From contig OZ316893.1 in assembly GCA_973895155.1 (NCBI GenBank), positions 9,987,660 through 10,051,659 of the forward strand: a stretch of 64,000 nt of DNA, given 5' to 3'. This DNA comes from Marsupella aquatica. Lineage: Eukaryota; Plantae; Marchantiophyta. Shown here piece by piece: positions 1-9,245 of the stretch (positions within the stretch are counted from its first letter, which is position 1; every line of letters begins with the position of its first letter). The notes beneath the pieces were generated by a model that was given only the letters and a program-made list of their open reading frames with translations, searched no databases and was not told the origin of the DNA. A program made the position numbers and the translations under genes.

Positions 1-500
1 CCAAATCATGAAATTGAAACTCTGGCTCATCAATAGACACTGCGAGTTGTGCATTCAATGCTTGGAGACGTGCTTCCCTTCTGCCTATGGTTGCATTCAA
101 AACACAGACTCTTTCCTTGCCTTTAGCAACTTCCTCTTGCAAGTTTGAAAGCATGGTGTGTAACAACGGAGCAACCTCACTCTGTGCTTGGGCAGTGATT
201 TCTCGTATGTCATCCATAGCAGCCATCTTTAGCGCCTCGCATTGTTGATTCACACCACGAAGCAATTGCTGCCCTTCTTGCTCTGCCTCAGTGAGCATGT
301 TTTCACATTGTAACTCTGCATCCGCAAGCATATCCAAACCTTGTTGCTCCGCATCTGCAAGAATGTCATTACAGTGCTACTCTGCATCCGCAAGAACCTC
401 ATTCTCCCAATTGCACTGAGTGGTTGCATCTTTTTTCTTCCTCTCAGATTGATCGTAGTATTTCTGACGCCTTCTTTGGTTATGAGCCTCTCTCTTTATC
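1..500 (-). pseudogene. Coiled-coil ORF remnant with 11-aa repeats; runs off the left edge
   Basis: Manual minus-strand translation gives LADAE*HCNDI-LADAEQQGLDM-LADAELQCENM-LTEAEQEGQQL followed by helical sequence to the edge. One in-frame TAG is present and no family was recognised. Confidence 0.4.
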
Positions 501-539
501 CCCTGGGCCCTAAGTGTTACTAATACAGGGAGGACGTGC

Positions 540-1191
540 GAACATCGCAAGGGTGTTTTTAATGTAATGCAAACTAATTTTTATAATAGTTTTTAAAGTA
601 GGCAACATCCATGTATATATATTCAGCACAATATTAGTAATAAGGCTCTTATCAAATACATGTCAGATTAATCTTATGCAAGGGTACCCAAAATGCCAAG
701 TACACATGTCACTATATGGTTGGCACACATGTCATCACTTTACTTACGCACATGTTCATATAGTAAATCAGATATTTAATTATTTGTCGTCATAAGGCAA
801 GTTTGGTTTCGTGGGCTTTAGGAACAGTGAGAGGATAGTGCAGCCATGCTTGTCTGTATACTACAGGAAGAACTATAATTCTCTGGTACTAATTTTGTTT
901 AACTATATAAAATATGTACCCTAAACAAAGGCGTAACATACAAGTCCCCTATGCAAAATAAAGTCTTATCTATTTCAGTATGATATTTGCAATTTTAAAA
1001 ATTCAAGGATGTTTTCAATTCCTTGAAAAACTATATTATAATTTACAAAAGGATAAAATTTAATAGGAAAAGTTAATATTTTTACATTAACAAGGGGATT
1101 TTTTTTGTGAACAAAAATATTAAGAAGGGGTACATGGGGGGTGTCTGTTCTCAGGGGGGTTCACTTTATATAGTAAGAGTGAGGGCCCAGG
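540..1191. mobile_element. Right terminus of a TIR DNA element extending left out of the window
   Basis: AGAGTGAGGGCCCAGG (1176-1191) is the reverse complement (15/16) of CCCGGGCCCTCACTCT at 55194. The subterminal block AAGGGTGTTTTTAAT..ACTAATTTTTATAAT (~549-587) recurs inverted at ~55818-55856. Confidence 0.45.
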
Positions 1192-1883
1192 GTCTTTATC
1201 CTTTCAAGTGCATCTTGAACTACGTTACTAAGAATCACCATCTCTCGTTGATGAACTTGAAAATAAGCTTTGTATGCGCCCGCCCTCTATGCACTCACCT
1301 CTACTCTAAATATCACTGACTTCTGAAATGGAATTGTTCATGAATAAGGAAGACTCTCAAGTGAAAGGAGGGATCTGAAAATAATGCAACATCAAACCTG
1401 ACCGTGTGCATTCTTTCAAGCGTTTCATCAAGAATGGGAATATTGAAAGCATTACGTGTTGTGCCTTGAGCTTTGGATACAGAGTCCGACGCAACATTCA
1501 AAATAAGTCACGAAGCTCCAAAGGAGTCATCGGGCAACAGTGGTTGCAACAGTCCTTGTTTTGGATTTAGCATAAAGTTTGGGATATCTTAATTGATATT
1601 TTGAATTTTGAACCATCCTAAAACCGGCGTCTATAATCAAACAAAGATCCTTAATCACTAACAACTGGCTTTTGGGGCCACCACTTCGCTTTAGAGGGGT
1701 ACATTCAATGCATATTTGGACTCAAATTCAAATCTGACCTTTGGATGGGCACGAAACAGATCTGGGCCCTTCGATGTCACATTTTGGTCACTGGAGAATA
1801 CTCTGAGAATTAGTTCAAGGACCCAAGTCCTTTTGGTGGAGAAATTGGAGATCCTTTTAGTACCCCTCTAGCTTGCTTTTGAC

Positions 1884-3258
1884 CTTGAGTATGTACATAG
1901 TGATGTGTGGGGACCAGCCCCTACTCCCTCACACTCTGGATGGTTATACTATGTCACGTTCATAGATGATTACTCAAGGTATGTGTGGATATACTTTCTA
2001 CACAATAAGTCTGATGTTTTTGCCACTTTTAAGGAGTGGAAAGCCCAAGTTGAGAATCAGACTATAATAAGGTGAGATATCTTCGATCGGATAACGGCGG
2101 TGAATACAGTTCCGGGGAATTTAGAACATATTGTAAGGAGCAGGGGATTACACGCCATCTCACAACAAGTTATACTCCTCAGCAAAATGGTATTTCTGAG
2201 AGGCTCAACCAAACACTATTGGAACGCTCGAGGAGTATGTTGAGTCAATCATGCTTACTACATGAGTTTTGGGCTGAAGCTGTCAACACTGCAGCTTATT
2301 TGGTAAATTTCTCTCCATCAAGTTCTATTGGATTCAAGACGTCATTTGAAATGAGGTACGCGTGTCCGGTAGATTACTCACATCTGAGGATTTTTGGATG
2401 TGATGCTTATGTACTTACACCTTCCCAGCTTCGATCCAAGTTGGAGTCCAAGTCAAAGAAGTGCATTTTCCTTGGCTATCAGAAATGTGAAGGGTTATAG
2501 GTTATGGGATCCAGTAACCTCTAAGCTAATTGTCAGTAGAGATGTGTCCTTTAATGAATCCAAATCATCAAAGGAGGGAGAGAATTTTGATGACTCCCAT
2601 ACTGACAAGAGGAAATCTCCCATCTCGGACCGGGTTGAGGGGGAGATTAATCATGATGATGTTCATGACAGGAGAGATGGAGAAGTTTCGGGCATGGAGC
2701 TGGTTCATGTGATGGAACAAGAGGAACAGATTGTTGTTGGGGTACCTCAAATTCAGCCAGCATCAATAGCAGATCAGCCTGCATCATCTACTAGAAGAAC
2801 TTCCAGTCGTTCTACTAGAGCTCCTACCAGGTATGGTCAATGGGCAGACTCGTCTAAGCTAGATGATATTGATATTGCACCTAATGATGATGATATGGCT
2901 TTGATCTTGGAAGAAGGAGAGCCTTCTTCGTATAGTGAGGCTTGTGCTTTAGAGCATAGGCATGAGTGAAATGCAGCAATGCAGAGGGAGTTGCAATCTT
3001 TCAGTGACAACAAGACATGAGAACTGGTGGAGCTTCCAAGTGGTCAGCAAGTGGTGGACAGCAAGTGGATTTACAAGTTGAAGGACAGTCCTTCAGAGGG
3101 TGGAGACAAGACCTACAAGGCAAGGCTTGTTGCCAAGGGATTCACTCAAGAGAAAGGAGTGGATTACAATGAGGTCTTTTCACCAATGGCTAAGTATTCC
3201 ACATTTCGGATCTTGTGTCAGCTTGTTATGTGTTTTGGTCTGGTGATGGATCAGATGG
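1884..3258 (+). mobile_element. Ty1/copia pol fragment (integrase to start of RT), decayed, truncated by a CACTA insertion
   Basis: Motifs LEYVHSDVWGP, LRSDNGGEY, TPQQNGISER, KWIYKLK and YKARLVAKGFTQ, with stops and frameshifts. It ends at DQM directly before the CACTG terminus. Same family as the 20950-27446 element. Confidence 0.9.
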
Positions 3259-4092
3259 CACTGGTACATATTTTGGGTTTTTCCGATGCTCTTTTTTTGG
3301 TTGACGACAACTTCCAATATAGAGAAGATCGGTACCCTCCGATTTTCTGCGCATCGGGCATTTACCATACTTTCTACATTGGACAATTTCTGTCCCATAC
3401 TATTAAAATCGTAATTAGTTTCCCATTTAAAAACTATCAGAGCGTTTCCCATTCTACCTACATCGGACAGTGAGGCTGCCGCAAGGCAAGAGGTGTTTGA
3501 TAAAGAAACTATCGCATGGTGTTTTTGATGAAGTGAGGGACGAAACATTTCCGATAGGTTTGGTATCGGAAATATGTTCCGACTTTTGTCCGAAACTATT
3601 ATAAATGGACATTGTTTCCAATATGATAAAAATTGCAAAGTTTCCCGATACTTGTAGTACATGGCACATGAGTTCCGTTTCGAATAAGATTGGAAATATG
3701 GGTTTTTGGTAGAGCCGGGGTTTTTTGAGGGTTTTATCATCTTCCTAGCTTCTAATTAAGGCATGTTGTGTTTCCGATTGGTTTTTGACTCCATTTCCAT
3801 TTGAAGTATGTGGGAACTCAACTAGGGTCAACTTGAAATGAATTGGAAGCTTTCATTTCATATATATTAAAAGCACAACTCAACACAAATATGTAGCCAC
3901 AACTAGAGCCCAAAGATATAAGTGGTATATATAAGTAAAGTAACATGCAACAAAAAAGATGGTAATGACAATGTAGATACCATATATATGCAAAAAAATC
4001 AATACATGGAGGGAAGTGGTCATTAATTAGGTCTCTAAGCTAGTGCTAGCTACCTAGCTTTTACCATGAAATTCCTAAGTAGCTAGTTGTTC

Positions 4093-4754
4093 TCATTTTC
4101 CAAATCTTCCACAACAACTACTGACATTTGGTTGTTCTTGGACTATGGATCGGGATCGAGGAATGTAAGGCATTACAATGGACCACTCGGGATCATCTGG
4201 ATAAGGGAGATAGAATGCCTGCTCAAGATTATGAGGAAATGCAAAAGGATCTGAGGCCCTCCAATTTGAGATGATGACAGCCCCTGTCTTCAGTCGTGTG
4301 AAGCCGCAAGCATCCTCTTCACATGTCCGATTGTGCCAACAAGATTCATCCAAAACCATTTACACTTCAGCACCATCTCTTCCAATGTTGTACATGCGCA
4401 TGGTATTTTACAACAAGGATCTCCTCTATCTTTCCATAGTGAGCTATAGTAGAACGGATGGGATTTGTGTCAGATCTGCTACTTACAGAATCCTGGGTGA
4501 ACCAACCCATCACCCCACAATCTTGTGTAGCTGCCCTCTTGTCATCAAGTCGCTCCACACGAAAGTGTCTCCCCTTGGACCACATGGCAGTCTTGGTTGT
4601 AACTGTAAGTAGAGGTTCATGAACCAAGGTGCGCAACTTATCAGTCACCATTGGGAAGTGTGATACACTCTCCCCAGCAGCCACCAAGGCATCCACTTCT
4701 AACAACTTCCCCTTCATGTACATGTGGAATTTGGGAAATAAGCGTGGTTGTCGA
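4093..4754 (-). pseudogene. CACTA TnpD C-terminal segment (DUF4216-like)
   Basis: TQDCGV...YGKIEEIL...DPFAFPHNLEQAFYLPYPDDPEWSIV matches the C-terminal motifs of CACTA TnpD; frameshifted. Confidence 0.8.
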
Positions 4755-5269
4755 CTCGGGGGTCTCACTCCGCGAAAATCTCATATCACGTGCGACGAAG
4801 TATAGGGTCCGTTAATTGGGTTTCTCGGAAGACTTAAGAAGATTTGTGTAAGAACAATAGGGCCAACTTTATATGTTGGACAACTTGTAAGAATAATAGG
4901 GATATTAATATTTTTGACTTTGTAGATGGAAGGCATACAAAGAAGTTAGGGGGTCTTTGTGTCGGACTATGTAAAGTACACGTGTCACTATGTCATTGGT
5001 ACACGTGGCACACATAACATTCCCAATATATTTTCCTAATTTTTCTAATATGTTAACATGGCAAGAATTTGAGAATGATCTGGTTTTATGGGGACTCACG
5101 TTTAGGGTTTGACCGGGATTAAGTTTGAAATTTTTCTGTTTAACGTGTCTCGTTTACCTCAATTGGCCCTTGTCAGTCCCTCCCGTGTCGTTTCCCTCCA
5201 CTATCCCTTTGGCCCCACCCGCTCTTTGCCTCAACAGAGTCTCTTTTGTTTGTACCTTGCAGCAAATGG

Positions 5270-6130
5270 CCTAAACGGGGTCTAAACCAGTTGTGCTCCT
5301 GCTTGGAGTGAAGGTCGGATCGAGCGAGAGTGTGCTCTCGACTGCACTTGGAGTGAAGGTCGGATCGAGCGAGAGTGTGCTCTCGACTACACTGTTGCTG
5401 GAGTGAAGGATCGACTCCTGTTGTGCTCTCGACTGCACTGCTGCTGCGGCTGGAGTGAAGGATCGAGCTGCGTTGCTGCTGCGGCTGGAGTGAAGGATCG
5501 AGCTGCGGCTGGAGTGAAGGATCGAGCTGCGGCTGGAGTGAAGGATCGAGCTGCATTGCTGCTGCGGCTGGAGTGAAGGATCAAGCAAGATTTCTCGGAG
5601 AAGGATCGAGCTGCGTTGCTGCTGCGGCTGGAGTGAAAGATCAAGCAAGAGTTCTCGGCGAAGGATCGAGCGAAGGAGTGAAGGGGAGAGCGAGAGTGAA
5701 GGGGAGAGCGAGAGTTCTCGGCGAAGGATCGAGCGAAGGATCGAGTGAAGCGCTGCTACTTGGAGTGAAGGGGAGAGCGAGAGTGTTGCGCTCTCGGCTG
5801 TGCTGTTGCCGTTGCTGCTTGAAGTGAAGGATCGACCAAGAGTTCCTGGCTGCGCTGCTGTTTAGAGTGAAGGGGAGAGCGAGACATCTCAGCTGCGCTG
5901 CTGCTTAGAGTGAAGGGGAGAGCGAGACTTCTCAGTTGCGTGCGCTGATTAGAGTGAAGGAGAGAGCGAGACTTCTCAGTTGCGTGTGCTGATTAGAGTG
6001 AAGGGGAGAGCGACACTTTGCAGCTGCGCTGCTGCTTGAAGTGAACCCGGGAGTGAAGGGGAGAGCGAGACTTTGTAGCTGCGCTGCTGCTTGAAGTGAA
6101 CCCGGGAGTGAAGGATCGAGCAAGAGTGTT
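5270..6130. repeat. Complex minisatellite array inside the P-like element
   Basis: Many variants of GGAGTGAAGGATCGAG(CTGCG..GCTGCGGCT) and AGAGTGAAGGGGAGAGCGAGA, with units of roughly 24-60 bp. Confidence 0.9.
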
Positions 6131-6407
6131 GCGCTCCGGGAGGTGGGTGTCGAGAGTGTTGCATTGCTGCTTTCTAAAACGGGAGCTGCTAGCTTGCTGA
6201 AACGGGAGGTGGCTACTGCAGGGAGTGTTGCGATATCTCAAACCGGAGTGCCAGGATTGGAGCTGCATTGCTGCGTTGCTCAATCGGGAGGTAGGCGCTG
6301 CCTACTTTGACGATCGTACTTGCTTGCTTGCTACTATTTGACGCCCAAATCTATCACGCATGGCACACCTAGAGTTGATCTGGTAGCGGTCATAGACGAG
6401 GAAGCAC

Positions 6408-6705
6408 CTGATCTGCCGTTTAGCTTTTCAGCTATAAAATTCCTGTTCTGAGCTCCGTGAATGGCGATAAGCTCTTTGAGTATTTTGTCCTCCAGAGCTC
6501 GCCATGCCCTCGCAGATAAGGTTTGGAGCCACTGCTGAGATCCAGCTCCAACTTCCCAGCCGAATACTAGCTCAGTATTGTCGTCATTTGTCTCGACGTT
6601 GTCCATACTCATCTCTCCTTCTGTGTCCGCATCGACGACTTGACGCACATGTTTTTTGGATGCATCGTTAGAGTAACCGCGAGTACAGGTCTCCAATGAT
6701 TGCAC
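6408..6705 (-). pseudogene. Captured first coding exon of an R2R3-MYB gene
   Basis: ARAWRALEDKILKELIAIHGAQNRNFIAEKLNGRSG (6513-6408) matches the R2 start RGHWRPAEDxKLKELVxxYGPQNWNLIAEKLxGRSG. Similarity stops at a GT donor (TCAG|GT, 6407), a known MYB intron position. One conserved W is changed to R. Confidence 0.75.
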
Positions 6706-7360
6706 TTGCCATGATTGACCACCTTACATGATCTCCATCCATGGGCTGGACCCCAGGAAAAAAATCATGTAACTTGACTTCTGTCGTCCCCCACACACCC
6801 GCACAAATCTGGTTCTCTATTACATGCCTTGGTGTCCCGTTGGCTGGTTCCTGCAATTTTCTTTAAGTCATCTAGAAGAGAAGACTTCTTTAAGTGTTTA
6901 CTCAGCCAGGGGGGACCACAGCCTCCAGCCATACTGGGTGGCGGGCCTGGTCAAGACGTGGATGACGCTCGTGCTTGATTTTAAATTCTCTTTTGTTTCT
7001 CAAGCTTCTGGGCAAGGGCATTACCATTCTGGATTCTGAACTTGATCCTATTCAGGTTAGCTATTCAGGTCTGTTGAGCGATTGGGTTATTATTTTATTG
7101 CTGTAGTAACATGCATGGCCAATTGGTTGTCTTCATGTAATGGGAAGTTTTTGAAACTTAGAAATTGAATGGTGGTTTCAATTTTGTTCACAGGTTGCAA
7201 AAGGAATTGTAGAGGTTGTCATCAGCGCTTGCAGCAGTGAGCACCAACACTTGCGGTGAAGCAGTTTGCTAGAACACATAGTGTACCTAGTGAATTGTAA
7301 GTTGCCTGTCATTGCACGTCTAATCGTCTGGCCATTCACCGAGTATAAAAAAATAGTGCC

Positions 7361-7759
7361 ATGGCTATATTGGGCATTACATTAGAAGCGAATTATGAGA
7401 AGCTCCTTCTGCAGCATCCAGATGAATGCTGCTGGTGTGAACCTTGTGTCAAGTGCAGGGTTGGTGATGGGAATTTTGAATGGTTCCATTGCTTCTGCTT
7501 GAAAATGCGTGGAAGGCTTGTTACTAGGACATACATGGGAAAGCATGGCAAAGTTGTCACACGTCGTTGGAAGTGCTCTTGTATAAGGCCAACCATTTGG
7601 CCTCAAAATGAGTGTCTTTTACGCAAGATTGTCATCCCGGACACGCTTGACATTGTAGTCCCTGATAGTATTCCACATTCAACTGAGCTTGATATTGTAG
7701 CCCCAGATAGTATATCAGATCAAGCTAAGGTTACAACCCATGGATGCTTGACATTGTAG
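7361..7759 (+). CDS. Cys-rich ORF with degenerate PHD-like motif, possibly an upstream exon of the PHD gene
   Basis: CCWCEPCVKC...EWFHCFCL...RWKCSC resembles the EWFHxxC...WxC half of ING-type PHD fingers. Confidence 0.4.
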   Translation: MAILGITLEANYEKLLLQHPDECCWCEPCVKCRVGDGNFEWFHCFCLKMRGRLVTRTYMGKHGKVVTRRWKCSCIRPTIWPQNECLLRKIVIPDTLDIVVPDSIPHSTELDIVAPDSISDQAKVTTHGCLTL

Positions 7760-8075
7760 TCCTTGATAGTACATGGATGCGTTGTTCATATATGACTAGG
7801 CCTTTGTTTGCAAGGCTGCAATTGTACCATCCATGATATATGAGAATATTTTTCATTCCCATTATGTGGCAAAGTTTTGCAAGCTGGCATTGTATTTATG
7901 TATGTCTTGGTTGGTGGGTGTTCAGGTTGCACTGTGTAGTTGACTTCATCTGGGAGGGAGGTTTGCAGATCATTGGAGCAGGTGCTATGATTAACCTTAT
8001 CTTTGTCTATGGATTGCTCACTATCATCATGTCCCCCTCATATGTGATGTGCTTTGTGATGATTGCAGTTGAACC

Positions 8076-8750
8076 ATGCCGACAAGGACTTCAAACATAA
8101 AGAAAGCAACACAGTCCTCTGACAGAGGAGCCTCTTTGGAAGAGGTATTGCGTATTCCGTTGTTCTCTGAGCAAGAGATTCTACAAACTAGCCCTCATGT
8201 TTGTGCAATTTGTGAGCATGGTGGGAAGTTGGTAATTTGTGATGGGCCATGTCACAGGCAATTTCATTATGTGGTTGGAGATGAAGCCCCTAATGACTCT
8301 TGCCCCTGTGTAGTCCTTCCCCTCCATCATGGAGGGAAGCCATGGTTTTGCCCAAATTGTAACCAGGACCAGGCCATGTGTTATGGGTGCCGCACTGTGG
8401 GACCGTCACCTACAATTGTGCGAAAATGCTCTGATCGTTTTTGTGTACGATTTTATTGCTTTGGGTGTTTGGTAGCTGATGCAAAGTCCTGCCCACTGCA
8501 TACATGTGTGACATGTTATCAGAGTCTTGAGGGTCAGATGGTCAAGAACATGGTACAATGTCTACGATGTCCAAATGCCTGGCATACAGATTGTCTCCAG
8601 ATGATCAAAAGCAAAGGGTTCGCTCATGATAGGGACATCTGGGACCATGAAGCACATGGACAACAGCGACAGATGTTTTATTGCCCCCGTCATCCTATTG
8701 ATCCACACCTCAAGACTCCAATCAGGGACCACATTTCATGGCTCCAATGA
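8076..8750 (+). CDS. EDM2/NSD-type tandem PHD-finger protein (224 aa)
   Basis: CAICEHGGKLVICDGPCHRQFH...WFCPNC...CYGC...CPLHTCVTC...CLRCPNAWHTDCL...FYCPRHPIDPHLKTPIRDH. The motif order and the C-terminal HxIDxxLxTPxRDH match the plant EDM2 PHD module as I recall it. The frame is open, with a candidate splice acceptor TTGCAG just upstream (8063-8068). Confidence 0.85.
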   Translation: MPTRTSNIKKATQSSDRGASLEEVLRIPLFSEQEILQTSPHVCAICEHGGKLVICDGPCHRQFHYVVGDEAPNDSCPCVVLPLHHGGKPWFCPNCNQDQAMCYGCRTVGPSPTIVRKCSDRFCVRFYCFGCLVADAKSCPLHTCVTCYQSLEGQMVKNMVQCLRCPNAWHTDCLQMIKSKGFAHDRDIWDHEAHGQQRQMFYCPRHPIDPHLKTPIRDHISWLQ

Positions 8751-9245
8751 TCTGAATAATGAACAAACCTATTACTTAGGTTTCAACGTCTTAGTGGGGT
8801 ATGAGCAAGGCACATACTTAAGGTGCATCATGGGTGGTAGTACCCAATTTTATTAGTGTTGACATTTTGTCATAATTAAGGTCACTAATAGTGCTGCATT
8901 TTGATGAGCAGAAGCACTAAACTTCGGGAATTGTTAGAAAAGCAGGCGAAAAGGATATTTTGTCCAAAGATATTTTATCCAACTTTAGCGGTATATCATG
9001 ATTTTCACTGAATACATTTGCATGTATGATGGATTGCATTATAAAGTGTTTTGGCCTATTAGCACTTCTATTGTTAAATGTATGCTGACATTATGTACAT
9101 TACATGAGAATGTGTATGTTGTCATTGCATCTCTTGAAGATCCTAATGTGTTTCCCTTGTGTGTATTTCAAATGTATTTGTGCAGGTCTTTCTGTTATCA
9201 ACTCCAAAAGCAATGGTGCTATGCATGTTCTAGATTTGTATTGCA

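Noticed and set aside
1313-1501. TTRNAFNIPILDETL, weakly like a gypsy RT motif
   Set aside because: Too short, with no downstream RT motifs.
5270-6130. CRISPR-like appearance of repeated GGAGTGAAGGATCGAG units
   Set aside because: The intervening sequences are themselves repetitive rather than unique spacers, there are no cas genes, and the context is eukaryotic.
5173-6283. Several repetitive ORFs (LDPSLQPQQQ etc.)
   Set aside because: They are translations of the minisatellite, open in multiple frames with no domain signal.
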